Shown one piece after another: positions 13,992 to 27,271 of a stretch of 64,000 nucleotides of DNA. Source of the stretch: the human T2T-CHM13v2.0 reference genome, Homo sapiens; assembly GCF_009914755.1 (NCBI RefSeq), contig NC_060927.1; one strand, given 5' to 3'. Both the position numbers and the translations under genes were made by a program. The notes beneath the pieces are model-generated. The model was not told where the DNA came from, ran no database searches, and saw only the letters and a program-made list of their open reading frames with translations. The first letter of the stretch is position 1, and the number at the start of each line of letters is the position of its first letter.

Positions 13992-14211
13992 CAGAGCTGA
14001 GCAAGCTACAGTCTGCAGGAGAAATCCAGCCCACTGCCTGTTTTGTAAATAAACTTTCATTGAAACACAGCCATGTTCATTCATTCACACATTGTTTATG
14101 GTTATTTTCATATTATAATGCAGAGTTGAGTAGTAGTGACAGACTATGTTGACCTGAAAGCCTGAAACAGTTACTGGCTAGCACTTTACAGAAAAAGTTT
14201 ACCAACTCCTG
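13992..14211 (+). mobile_element. MER58A hAT-Charlie DNA transposon
   Basis: aaatccagcccactgcctgttttgtaaataaa...ctttacagaaaaagttt; flanks ctctagac / ctctatta resemble an 8-bp TSD. Confidence 0.85.
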
Positions 14212-14299
14212 CTCTATTATCTTACACAATATTCACTATTGCCTGGAAATTAAGTTTTAGAGGAATAATCAATGAATTAATGTATGGATGAATGAATCA

Positions 14300-14500
14300 C
14301 ATGGACTTGGGTTTCATTCTTGGCTCTGCCACTCAAAAGGTATGATCTTGGGCAAATGGATTAACCGCTCTAAATTCACGTTCCTCATCAACAAAATGAG
14401 ACCTATTACTTCCTTTCTAGGGTTGTAGTAAACATTAAATGGAAAAGCGTATGTAGACTAATAGCACATTACCTGGCACATACTATATGTTCACTTAAGT
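14300..14500 (+). mobile_element. MIR (representative; others at about 7455-7560, 9300-9450, 9750-9890, 17700-17870, 19130-19260, 39510-39720, 40140-40350, 42370-42495, 46480-46680)
   Basis: MIR core motifs such as tcttgggcaa...ttcctcatc...aaaatg...gggttgt...attaaatg...cctggcaca. Confidence 0.7.
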
Positions 14501-15091
14501 GGGAGCCAGTAGGTCTATTCAAAAAGTTATGTTTTACTTTAAGGCTGAAAAAGGCTGAATTATGTCCGTCTTCCCTTTATGAGTAGGCCAGATGTTAGTA
14601 GTGCTTGTCTTATCAAAACAAAACAAGAAACAAACAAACCAAAAAAAAATAGATAAACCTTTAGCACCTGCCAGAAACACAAGGCCTTTCCTGCTGCGTA
14701 AATATGACAGACAATCCTGGTGGATCTCAGAGGTATCATGCTTTATATTTCTGGCCCAGATCCTAATTAATTGGTAGAAGCCAGATCCCATAAATGAGAA
14801 GTGCCAAAATTTAAGGATGATGACTAATTTGTCATAGCCATTCAGAATTCCATTTCATTAGCAGGTAGAGCCATGCTTTGGGCCAGCCCCAGAAGATTGT
14901 CTCCAAAGCAAGATTTCCAGAGGCACCAGTCACTGCACATTTGATGGGGCTTTTAATGCTTTTATATGAGCCACTTTGTTAATGACATTGTATTTAGCTA
15001 AGGTAACACTAGACGCTATTAACCTCCAAAGTTCAGTGGTTTAGCACAAAGAAGAAGTTTATTTCTCATTCATCCAACAGTCCAAAGTGGG

Positions 15092-15630
15092 TGTATTAAT
15101 TTTCTATTGCCATATAACAAAAACACCACCAATTTAGCAGCTTAAAGCAACACAAAGTTGTTATCTCACAGTTTTTGTTTGTTACAAGTCTGGGTATAGG
15201 TTAGCTGGATTCTCCCTTAGTATCTTATGAGGTGGGAATTGAGGTGTCAGGATTTCAATCTCATCTGAGGCTTGGAGTCCTCTTCCAAGTTCACTGCTTG
15301 TTGGAAGAATTCACTTCCTTGCAGCTGTATGTCTGAGGTCCCAGTTTTCATGTTAACCACAGTCCAGGAATGTGCTCAGTAACTAGAGGCCACTGTAGGC
15401 CCTTGCCACATGGCCCCCCTCCTCTCACAACCTAGAAGCTTACTTCTTCAAGGACAACAGGATAGTCTCACTCCAGTCAGCCAGGGTGGACTCTTGTATA
15501 CAATAACAACGTAGCAATCATCACAGTGACTATCCCATCACTTTTCCCATACGATGTAAGCTAATCAAGGGAGTTACTATCCCATCCTCTCCATAGGCTC
15601 TGCCCACACTTTAGGGGAGGGGACTATGTA
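15092..15630 (-). mobile_element. MaLR LTR (MLT1D/E-like), next to older MLT1 pieces at about 14990-15090 and 15750-16270
   Basis: tgtattaatttctattgccatataacaa...agcagcttaaagcaacaca...ctgcccacact. Confidence 0.7.
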
Positions 15631-18600
15631 CTCCTGCTCCCTTAAGTCTTTGTTGTCTTCTTCCTCCTCTTCTTATACCCTTCTTTCTGCTCATCTCCTC
15701 CTACTCCTACCACTAGCCCAGTTATTGTCATTCTCCACCAGGGGTCTCTGTATGTTTAGGAGACCCTATTGTTTGCCTACCCCAAAGCCACTTATTCCTC
15801 TTTTTCCTTTCTAATAAAATGCTAGTATTGCTCTGATATCCACTCTACTCCATATTACCATATTCTCAGTCCAAACATCAAAGATGCAAATCCTGATTGG
15901 TTTAAGCAATCATGGTTGTTACAATTCTGGCCGATGAGACCTGAAGGAAATCTAATGGTGAGGCTCCTGGAAAAGGTTTTCTAGACTGATTAGAACACAT
16001 ACAAGAGAAAATGCCATCATTCTTCTGCTTCTGAATAGTTGCAAACAGGCAGCCATTGTTTGACCATGAGAGAAGCCAGATTTAAGGCTGGAATGAGGAA
16101 GGCAAAGTAAAAGAATGGAGAGAACCTGAGTCCTTAGTGATGTCATTCTGCTGCTGAACTAACTGTCCCTAGAGTCTCTCTGCATTAAGACCTCTTGTTG
16201 TATCAAACAATATTGTTTAGACCAGGTTGAAACTTGGTTTCATATACCTCCAATTGTAAACACCTAAATGATTGGGTGGATGGTGTATCAATTTTTAATT
16301 GTGATACCCTCCACAGAGCACAGCAAAATTATGCAAAATATTGTGGTACCCTTACTTCACATAATATAGTGGGAAACATTAATGATGATGATGATAATGA
16401 TAACACCAGCAACAAAGTAGACAGAAGCTGCCTCTGGTAAAGGATTGAAGTCAAGGTCACAAACATGAAATTTGCAAAATCAATTGCCCCTGATTTTCCT
16501 GAACAGCATCTAGAAGTATATAAACGTGGGTTTGACATATTTTCTATAGTCTTCCAGATTTAGCATTATCCAGTTTGAAAACACAGAGTAAGTGTGCCAG
16601 TGACAGACTTGAGAGAAGCTGTTAATGAGTTGATATTAAAAGCTTGATTGAATGCCCCTTTCCAATCCAAATCAGTGGAGCAGAGTAGTCCAAATCAGAA
16701 TTTTGTTGATTTATGCTTAACAAGGTTGTAAGGAGGTAAATAGAATTCATGCTCAGGCTCCATTAGCATTGGGTCAACAGTCGATATTCCCAATATAAAA
16801 ATGCATTCTCAGTGAGGTTTGCTTGTTTTCGTTGTTGTTTTATTTTTGCCATAACCATGCATCCCAGCCCTATGGATGACGTGAACTGAGTGGTTCTTGA
16901 CCCAGAAAACCAAATGAACTCTTGAGGAATCATGTCCATCAAAAGTTTAGTTGGCCTGTAGTGCTGAGAGCAACACAAATGATTCTGCACAGTGACACTG
17001 ACTTGAAGATATCTTGTATCCACTCCATCCATCCACGTGCATCTTGGGGAAAAATAGAGGAGGCAAGTCATGCATTAAATTATCAAGGTAATATATTTCA
17101 GGTAAGTGGCTCCATAAAGCCAAACAGAATGAACATTCTACTGGCAGTGTCTAGAGAAATCCGTCAGCCTTATATTTCTATTTATGTAAATCCAATAAAC
17201 AGATGAGGGAAAGCTAGGGCATTTTGCAGACCTTGAGAGGAGATTTGTTCATGTTCATCAAGTCATATTGCTTGGAATAGGTTAGCAGTAGGTCTCTACA
17301 AGAATGGAGTTTTTATTTTCTTTTAAAGGTGTATGGAAATGAGAATCTAAGCCAAAGATCATCTGGAGTGGCCTATTTTTAGAGAAAGTGATTTGCTGAA
17401 TTTGTCATTCATCCCACTGTGAGCCATGGCAGGCATCAGTAGTAACAGCCAGCTCTTACAAGAAAAATCTTTCCATTCTTGAAAAGCATTAAAAAGAAAT
17501 GTTATCATTACAAAGGCAGGTGAGACAGGAAGTGAGGGAATAAGAAAATGTAACGCATTTTCTGTGTATTTGTGTACATATTACTATATATATAGATTTA
17601 CTAGTGTGTGTTCGCCTGCTCATATGCTTATCAGTGCACGAGTGTTAAGTTATGTGTTTCGTGGGTATGTGTGTCTATATCCCATGCTCTGTGAATGTAA
17701 GTAATAATAGCTAACTAATGTTTATTGGGTTGATACTGTGCCTAGACTCTGTGCTAAGAGCTTTATGAGGATTCTTTCTTTAAATTATCTCAACAGCCTA
17801 CGTTTTCCATTCAACAAAGAGGCTAATAGAACTATTAGAATCAGAACCAAAATTTGGATCCCAGCAGCTTGACCATTTTGGGCAAACAGCTCCCCAGGGC
17901 CCACTGCCATTGATCAGGTTGCCGTGCTACATGCTGACTGTATTTATATGCGTGTTTGGATATTTTCTGTTTGTTTTGGAGAAAAGCTTAAAGGATATCC
18001 GTTCTTTTTGCTGTCTATATTAAATAAGTACATTTACTCAGGCTGAGACAATTAACCAAACACACACACCCATATTCTTGGTAACATATTGATGTATTCA
18101 GCAGCAAATTGAAATTGAAAAACTAACATCTGAGGGTGTTTGTAATTCCTGATTGATCTTTGTCTTTATCTTCAAATATTATATGTCTCATAATCCACTT
18201 AGTTCAATCTGGTGCCTTGCCATCTGGCCTCTGGCTCATACAATCAGTTTGTGTGATGTTTGGGACTATACATTTACGGGATTTGAACTCTCTTTATACC
18301 AGATCTTCACATGGATGTCTAATAGTCAACACAAAGTTAACCCATAAAAAGCAACTGCCCAATATCTATCCCCTTCATGTATCAGACATGCTTCTTCACA
18401 CTGTCTATCATCTAAGTAAATGGCCACTCCCTCCAATGGCAACTATAGAAACCAAAAAACCTGGACTCATCCTTGGCTACTCTCTTTTCCTCAAACCCCA
18501 CATCCAACCCACTAAGAAATCCTGTAGACTACAACTTCAAAATATTTCCAGAACATACCACTTCTTACCATGTCCACTGCCATACCCCTGGCCTAAGCCA

Positions 18601-19364
18601 TCTTCTGTCTATAGAAATGCTGGTTCTTTCTATAAGTCATAAGTCAGTACAAATCTTTTTAATAGTCAGGTCTCTTAGAGTCAAGTAATGATGTTCTATA
18701 ACACTGAGAATAAATCTAGAGTCCTTATCAAGAATCTGCATATGTAACTTTATCTGTATCTTCTGCCTCCTCCTCTCCCTCTCCTAGTCTGCTCCAGTCA
18801 TTGAAGCTCAACTCCTTGATGTTCCTCAAACACACAGAATATATTTGCATCTCAGCTTGAGAAAATGACCAGGATCAAAGAGTGCTGGTGGGAGAAGTTC
18901 CAAACTGACTCTTAAAAGAAGTGCTCAGGAAAGGCAGGGAGTATTTTGCCAACAAATTGCACCATAGGAATTAAGACCATAGCATCTAAGCCCAGGAGAG
19001 ACTGTTCTTCCATGATGAGGTCTTCAAGAGACAATGATGAGAGGTCCCCAGGTTGTAGGTCCCCTAATGGAGATTAGACCAAGGGTTGTAGGCTGTGAAG
19101 GCAGCACATATGTCCTGTCATGAGACAATATGAGTGGGTCACGAGCATGGCTTTTGAGGTCTTAGGAAACCTAAATTCCTGACTCCACCACTTCCTATCA
19201 GCATGTAACTGGGGGCAGTCACTTGGCCTTTCTGAGTCTCAGTCTCCTGATATTTCAAAATTTTGCAGATTTAACTTCTCACAATAATATTTTGGATTTA
19301 TCAAAAATCTACATATGCCCATGGGAGTATAGCATATATGTGCTATACCAGTTAAATATATTAA

Positions 19365-19865
19365 CTGTACAAGTTAAAGATAATTTTGACTAAAAGTAAC
19401 AGACAGAAAAACCTAACTTACAATAATTTAAGCAAATATGGGTCTGTTTTTCTTACATAGCAAGAAGTCTGGAGGTGGGAAGTGGCTGTCTTAGTTCAAC
19501 TACTCAGCAAAGTCATGAAGATCTTCCTTTGCTCAGCCACCTTGTCTGGTTGGTTTATGTACTCTTGCTTATTGCATTGAAATGGCAGGAGGGCTGCTGT
19601 AGCTTTTGACATTACGCCTATGTTCTGGACAAGAAGGAAAGAAAGAAAGGGAGGGACAATCATGTTCTCTCTTTTATTAGGAAAGCAAAACTCTCGAGAA
19701 ATCTACATTGGATGTACATTTCATTGGCCAAAACTGTCACATGGCCATTTCTAGCTGTAAGGAAAGCTGGATACATTGCTGTTCCAAGAAAAATAGAGGT
19801 TTTTTTTTAAAGGGAAAGAGAAGTAGGAATTGGAAATTGGGTATACAACTAAAAGAGTCTGCAGT
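19365..19865 (-). mobile_element. Old MaLR LTR (MLT1J/K-like)
   Basis: catttcattggccaaaactgtcacatggccatttctagctgtaaggaaagctgg motif typical of old MLT1 elements. Confidence 0.6.
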
Positions 19866-22282
19866 GGGAGGAAAGAAAGCCTTTCGGGGGAAAAAAAGAC
19901 TGAGAACTGCTTTAAGAAACATACAAAGTGCCAAAGATATTCTTCTACATTGTCATTTGTCAGTTTTATTCTTTCACATTTAGATTTTTAATTCAACTGT
20001 AAATTTCTGTGTGGCATGAAGAGACAAAGGAATCCAATTATCCTAAACCATTCTTATACTCACAAAATTCTACACACACTCACTCACCTGTTTCAGGGCT
20101 CTATGTTTGATTCAATTCCATTGATATATATGGTTTTACCTAAAATATTACGTATTTTTTTAATTCCTATGGTTTTGCAGTATGTCTTAAAATCTGGTTG
20201 GGATATCACTATCTTTGCTCCTCTTTCTAAATAGACTTAATCCAATCTACAAGGAATTTACAAATTTGGGGTGGTGAGGCATACATTTCGTTATGTACCC
20301 AGTAGTCATTCAGGAGCAGGTTGTTCAGTTTCCATGTAGTTGAGCAGTTTTGAGTGAGTTTCTTAATCCTGAGTTCTAGTTTGATTGCACTGTGGTCTGA
20401 GAGACAGTTTGTTATAATTTCTGTTCTTTTACATTTGCTGAGGAGTGCTTTACTTCCAACTATGTGGTCAATTTTGGAATAGGTGCAGTGTGGTGCTGAG
20501 ACGAATGTATATTCTGTTGATTTGGGGTGGACGGTTCTATAGATGTCTATTAGGTCCACTTGGTGCAGAGCTGAGTTCAATTCCTGGATATCCTTGTTAA
20601 CTTTCTGTCTCATTGATCTGTCTAATGTTGACAGTGAGGTGTTAAGTCTCCCATTATTATTGTGTGGGAGTCTAGGTCTCTTTGCAGGTCTCTAAGGACT
20701 TACTTTATGAATCTGGGTGTTCCTGTATTGGGTGCATATATATTTAGGATAGTTAGCTCTTGCTGTTGAATTGATCCCTTTACCATTATGTAATGGCCTT
20801 CTTTGTCTCTTTTGATCTTTGTTGGTTTAAAGTCTGTTTTATCAGAGACTAGGATTACAACCCCTGCTTTTTTTTGTTTTCCATTTGCTTGGTAGATCTT
20901 CCTGCATCCTTTTATTTTGAGCCTATGTATGTCTCTGCATGTGAGATGGGTTTCCCAAATACAGCACACTGATGGGTCTTGACTCTTTATCCAATTTTCC
21001 AGTCTGTGTCTTTTAATTGGAGCATTTAGCCCATTTACATTTAAGGTTAATATTGTTATGTGTGAATTTGATCCTGTCATTATGATGTTAGCTGGTTATT
21101 TTGCTCATTAGTTGATGCAGTTTCTTCCTAGCATCAATAGTCTTTACAATTTGGCATGCTTTTGCAGTGGCTGGTACCAGTTGCTCCTTTCCATGTTTAA
21201 TGCTTCCTTCAGGAGCTCTTTTAGGGCAGGGCTGGTGGTGACAAAATCTCTCAGCATTTGCTTGTCTGTAAAGGATTTTATTTCTTTTTCACTTATGAAG
21301 CTTAGTTTGACTGGATATGAAATTCTGGGTTGAAAATTCTTTTCTTTAAGAATGTTGAATATTGGCCCCCACTCTCTTCTGGCTTGTAGAGTTTCTGCCA
21401 GGAGATCAGCTGTTAGTCTGATGGGCTACCCTTTGTGGGTAACCCGACCTTTCTCTCTGGCTGCCCTTAACATTTTTTCCTTCATTTCAACTTTGGTAAA
21501 TCTGACAATTATGTGTCTTGGAGTTTCTCTTCTCAAGGAGTATCTTTGTGGCATTCTCTGTATTTCCTGAATTTGAATGTTGACCTGCCTTGCTAGGTTG
21601 GGGAAGTTCTCCTGGATAATATCCTGCAGAGTGTTTTCCAACTGGGTTCAATTCTCCCCATCACTTTCAGGTACACCAATCAGACGTAGATTTGGTCTTT
21701 TCACATAGTCCCATATTTCTCGGAGGATTTGTTTGTTTCTTTTTATTCTTTTTTCTCTAAACTTATCTTCTCGCTTCATTTCATTCATTTGATCTTCCAT
21801 CACTGATACCCTTTCTTCCAGTTGATCGAATGGGCTACTGAAGCTTGTGCATGCATCACGTAGTTCTCGTGCCATGGTTTTCAGCTCCATCAGGTCCTTT
21901 AAGGACTCCTCTGCATTGGTTATTCTAGTTAGCCATTCATCTAATCTTTTTTCAAGGTTTTTAACTTCTTTGCGATGGGTTCGAACTTTCTCCTTTAGCT
22001 CGGAGAAGTTTGATCGTCTGAAGCCCTCTTCTCTCAACTCGTCATTCTCTGTCCAGCTTTGTTCTGTTGCTGGTAAGGAGCTGCGTTCCTTTGGAGGAGG
22101 AGAGGTGCTCTGATTTTTAGAATTTTCAGTTTTTCTGTTCTGTTTTTTCCCCATCTTTGTGGTTTTATCTACCTTTGGTCTTTGATGATGGTGACATACA
22201 GATGGGGCTTTGGAGTGGATGTCCTTTCTGTTTGTTAGTTTTCCTTTTAACACTCAGGACCCTCAGCTGCAGGTCTGTTGGA

Positions 22283-22411
22283 GTTTGCTAGAGGTCCACT
22301 CCAGACCCTGTTTGCCTAGGTATCAGCAGTGGAGGCTGCAGAACAGCGAATATTGCTGAACAGCAAATGTTGCTGTCTGATCATTCCTCTGGAGGTTTCA
22401 TCTCACAGGGG
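22283..22411 (-). promoter_or_regulatory. 129-bp L1 5'UTR segment carrying the ZNF93 repressor site (absent from L1HS/L1PA2)
   Basis: Extra 129 nt between ...aggtctgttgga and ...gccgtgtgaggtgtc relative to the recalled L1HS sequence, the length of the deletion known to remove ZNF93 binding. Confidence 0.65.
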
Positions 22412-22728
22412 TGCCCAGCCGTGTGAGGTGTCAGTCTGCCCCTACTGGGGAGTGCCTCCCAGATAGGCTACTCGGTGATCAGGGACCCACTTGAGGAGGC
22501 AGTCTGTCGGTTCTCGGATCTCAAGCTGCGTACTGGGAGAACCACTACTCTCTTCAAAGCTGTCAGACAGGGACATTTAAGTCTGCAGAGGTTTCTGCTG
22601 CCTTTTTTTCAGCTATGCCCTGCCCCCAGAGGTGGAGTCTACAGAGGCAGGCAGGCCTCCTTGAGCTGCGGTGGGCTCCACCCATTCCAGCTTCCCAGCC
22701 ACTATGTTTACCTACTCAAGCCTCAGCA

Positions 22729-23004
22729 ATGGCAGGCGCCCCTCCCCCAGCCTCGTTGCCACCTTGCAGTTCAATCTCAGACTGCTGTGCTAGCAATGAG
22801 CAAGGCTCCGTGGGCGTGGGATATAATCTCCTGGTGTGCTGTTTGCTAAGACCATTGGAAAAGCACAGTATTGGGGTGGGAGTGACCCAGTTTTCCAGGT
22901 GCCATCTGTCACAGCTTTGCTTGGCTATGAAAGGGAATTCCCTGACCCCCTGCTTCGGCTCACCGTTGGTGCACTGCACCCACTGTCCGGCACCCACTGT
23001 CTGA
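22729..23004 (+). CDS. L1 ORF0-like antisense ORF (91 aa) in the L1 5'UTR
   Basis: ATG in gcaATGg context. MAGAPPPASLPPCSSISDCCASNEQGSVGVG...GVTQFSRC is homologous to primate L1 ORF0 (MAGAPPPASLPPCSLISDCCASN...). Expression not shown. Confidence 0.6.
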   Translation: MAGAPPPASLPPCSSISDCCASNEQGSVGVGYNLLVCCLLRPLEKHSIGVGVTQFSRCHLSQLCLAMKGNSLTPCFGSPLVHCTHCPAPTV

Positions 23005-23549
23005 CAAGCCCCAGTGAGAGGAACCCGGTACCTCAGTTGGAAATGCAGAAATCACCCATCTTCTGCGTCGCTCACGTTGGGAGCTGTAGATTGGAGCTGT
23101 TCCTATTTGGCCATCTTGGAACCGCCCTAGATATTTAACTCAACTGTAAATTTGTGTGTGACACAAGGAGAAGAAGGAATCCAATTTGTCCTAAACCATT
23201 CTGATATTCACAAAATTCTACATGCACTCACCCATCTGTTTCGGAGTTCTATGTTTACATTCAATTCCATTGATATATATGGTTGTATATGGTATTTTAT
23301 AAATATCTATTTATTAAAAATAAGTATCATGTATTTTTAACATTCTTGTGGCTTTCTAGTATGTCTTAAAATCTAGTTGGGCTATTACTCTCTTTGCTCC
23401 TCTTTCTAAATAGGACGTTGGCTCTTTATTCTGGTTCCTTTATTCTGTAATATAATTTTTATTGCAGATGTTAATTTGTTCAGTATCCTTTGGGAATTAC
23501 TTTTAATTTTTATAGTAACTTGGAAAGAATTGACTTACTAAAAATGTTA

Positions 23550-23813
<264 letters not shown>

Positions 23814-26099
23814 TCATTCATAAACATGGTATACCTTCCTATTATTCAGGTCTCTTTATATACACTTTAATAAAACATTTTAATCATCTGCACAAAGTTA
23901 TCCTTGCTGCTATTCAGTCCTTCTCTTGGGCTCTTTATATCAAGTCTTGTATTTTTTATGCCCATCATCTCCAGTCGGTTCCCTGTGAAAGATTGCTTAT
24001 TCTTGCATCATGCCTCTGACATTGCCCCTTAATTCTTTAGGATATGTATTATGCATATATTAAGTTTATATTCTATTCTGGCCCAATCATTGTCTTCTCT
24101 ATGCCATGTTATTTTTTCCTGAGGGCTATATTCCCCTGGGAGTATTTGCTGCCTTGGCTGGTAATTTGTATGTGGTCAGGGAAGCAAAAGCACAAGCCAT
24201 TGAGCATGTCCCTTGCTCTTATTTGAGGAGTGAGTAATGCACCAAAGAGCAGGCTTCCTCTGGTACTGTTACCTGGATTCAACCACTCCCTGTTTATAAC
24301 CCCCATCACCCAACCAAGTAATGCTGCTTTTCAGGAAACTTCCCTGCATTTTCACATTAGGCACTTTTTTTTGGCCAGGGAGAACTTTGGGGCAGGTCTT
24401 TGGCCTACTCCTGATATATCTGCCCCCCATGGCACCAGGCATCCAAAGATTCTCTGCGGCCCCACAGCCTCCAGTGTGCCCCAAACTGGCATTGCTGCAT
24501 AAATGCTCTGCATGGACAAGAGTGTAGGAGGCAATGAACTTCCTAAAGCCATGTAGGAGAGGGAAGGGCCCTCCTTAAAACATGATACCCTGTGTATGCC
24601 ATGGTGCTCAGCTCTCTTCTAAGTTTAAGATGTTTTTCCCATATAAATGGAACCCAAAGGCCTAGTAGTGTCTCTCTTTTCCTGTGTCCTTGGAGCCTTC
24701 AACCTTCTTCCTGTCTATGTAGCACATCCAGGAATGGATTCAGGGGAATCAGCATAGTTTATGTTCACTCTTCTTACAGTCCAGTGTACTTATACACACA
24801 CAAACACTCACACAAACACACACACACGTATATAAATTTTTCTATTGTTTGCTTTACGGTTTACAGCCAGAGTTCTCAGAACAATGTAAATAATAGTCTT
24901 TGTTCCTAGAATAAACCCTATTTGACCACAGAATATAATTGAAAAACATATTTATTTGGTTTCCTAGTATTTTACTTAAAGTTTCTCTTTGTATTTAGAA
25001 AGGAAATTGGTTTGTAGAATGTGGATGTTTCTATATTTCTGTTCACATTCTCTTCACCGGGTTCCAGCAAGGGAATAGTATAGGTTTGAAAAAAGATGAA
25101 TTGGATCTATGCTATGGGACAGATTATGTATTATAGAATTTATGTGTTCCTTAACATTTTGGAGAAACTTGCCCATAAAAAACCAGTCCAGCCATTCCTT
25201 TGCAGATAATTATTTAAAAATCATTTTCCATATTTTCTTTGATGTTTAAGCTAATCAGCTATTCTTTCATTTTTAAATTAATTTTAGCAATTTACATTTT
25301 CCTAGAGAGGTTATTTTTTAAGGCCAAATATTCAAGTATATGAGTGAAGGTTCTCAAATCATTTGCATTTGTGGTTATACCACCTTTCTTATTCTAAATT
25401 TTGTTTTAGTGGGATATTTTCTTTTCCTATTGATTAGACTAAGTAAATTTTTCTATTTTAACATTTTTTTCAATAAACTAGTTCTTTGATTTATCTATTT
25501 TATGATTTTTCGGTATCTCTCCTGATTTCTTAGGCCTTCCTTTGTTTTTCTTTTTATAATTTTTTAGTTGCTTCTTGCTTCATCAATATGCACTATTTCC
25601 TTTGTAACAATGAACTCTTTAATGGCTTTGAAGTTACTCTTAAATACAACTATGATTGTATCTCTTAAAGTTTTTACACTTATTATTTTCATAACTATTT
25701 TTTAATACCCTGAAACAGAAGAGGATGTGTGTGTGCATGCATACATGCTAATGAGAGGTGAGGATTAATTTCCAGTTGTTTAGGTGTTTTAATGTTTGCC
25801 TTTGGGTTATTAAATGATTCCACAGTTCTGTGCTAATAGAATGTGGCTTGTTTAATCATCTATTCTGAGGAACTCATTGAGAATTCCTTTGTGGTTTCTC
25901 ATAAGGTAATTTTTGGTGAGTGTTTCCTAGGCACTTGAAAATAAAATTTATTTACTGAAGTGTAAAAATCTTAATACTCTCGATTAAATCAATATTATAA
26001 GTTCAATTGTTCATATATTTTATACTTTCTTTTACAGTGTGAGATTAACCATGGATTGAAGGATATCAAAGTATTTTACTACTGATTCATTTCTTTCTA

Positions 26100-26457
<358 letters not shown>

Positions 26458-26727
26458 TTATTTGGTGCACAATAACATAATTGTTTAAACTTCATTTTGG
26501 ATTGTACCATTCACCACTAAGTTTGACTCTGTCTCACTAACTTCTTTTAACTTAAATTCAATTCTATCTAATATTAATACTGCAAAGCCCTCCTCTTTCT
26601 CAGCATTTGTCATTCTCCTTCCTAATTCTCTTATTTGTTCTTTAGGAGTTATTTTGGCTTTAGTGTGGCTCTTTGAAACTGCATTGTAAATTTATTTAAT
26701 TGGAACATAACCCATTAACGTTTACTA

Positions 26728-27271
26728 TGCAGAGGCAAAGGGAAAAACCTCTCCTTCACCCCCTAAAGGTTCACTGAAAAATCAACACACAAAAGGCAAA
26801 TGAGTAGAAGAAATGGCATACAAATTTGTTAGTGTGTGTGTGGGAGAATCACAGAGTGATTGTACCACCACACAATGGGGTAAAGATGGTTATACACCCT
26901 TCTTCTTAGGAGAAAGGGAGATGAGGAAGTGTGGATGACATAAGGGGGCAGCACATGATTTTTAGGGGAATTCAACGGGCTTGAAGAACATACAATGGCC
27001 TGACAGAAAGTTTTTTGGACCACCCTCAGAGCAGACAATGGTTTATAACAAAAGTCTGTTCAGGTCAGGGAAGAAGAACTGTTTTCTTCTTTGGCAGGTC
27101 CAGACTTTAGGCAGATAAGAGGACTTCAGAAAACAACCTCATCCTGTGCTTTGGAAAACACAGAGGATTGAGAGACAGGAGCAGGGGAAGGCCCGAGACA
27201 CCATAAGGCTGCTTCTTCAGCTCAGCCTGTCAAAGCACCATATTTGGGGCATAGGTTTCTGTGCCCCAACA
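26728..27271 (-). mobile_element. ERV1 solo LTR (MER34-like)
   Basis: Minus strand TGTTGGGGCACAGAAACCTATGCCCCAAATATGGTGCTTTGACAGGCTGAGCTGAAGAAGCAGCC...CA; 4-bp TSD-like acta/actg. Confidence 0.75.

Larger units (their letters stand above)
20284..23128 (-). mobile_element. L1PA (PA4-PA6-like): intact 5' end, 5'UTR, disrupted ORF1 (22154 to 21144) and ORF2 endonuclease region (from 21080), 3'-truncated
   Basis: Minus strand starts GGGCGGTTCCAAGATGGCC (YY1 site). ORF1 MGKKQNRK... and ORF2 MTGSNSHITILTLNVNGLN... appear in the ORF track with frameshifts. Ends abruptly after ...WVHNEM with no poly(A). Confidence 0.96.

Noticed and set aside
18160-18642. 160-aa ORF
   Set aside because: Non-ATG start, overlaps L2-like sequence, no recognisable domain.
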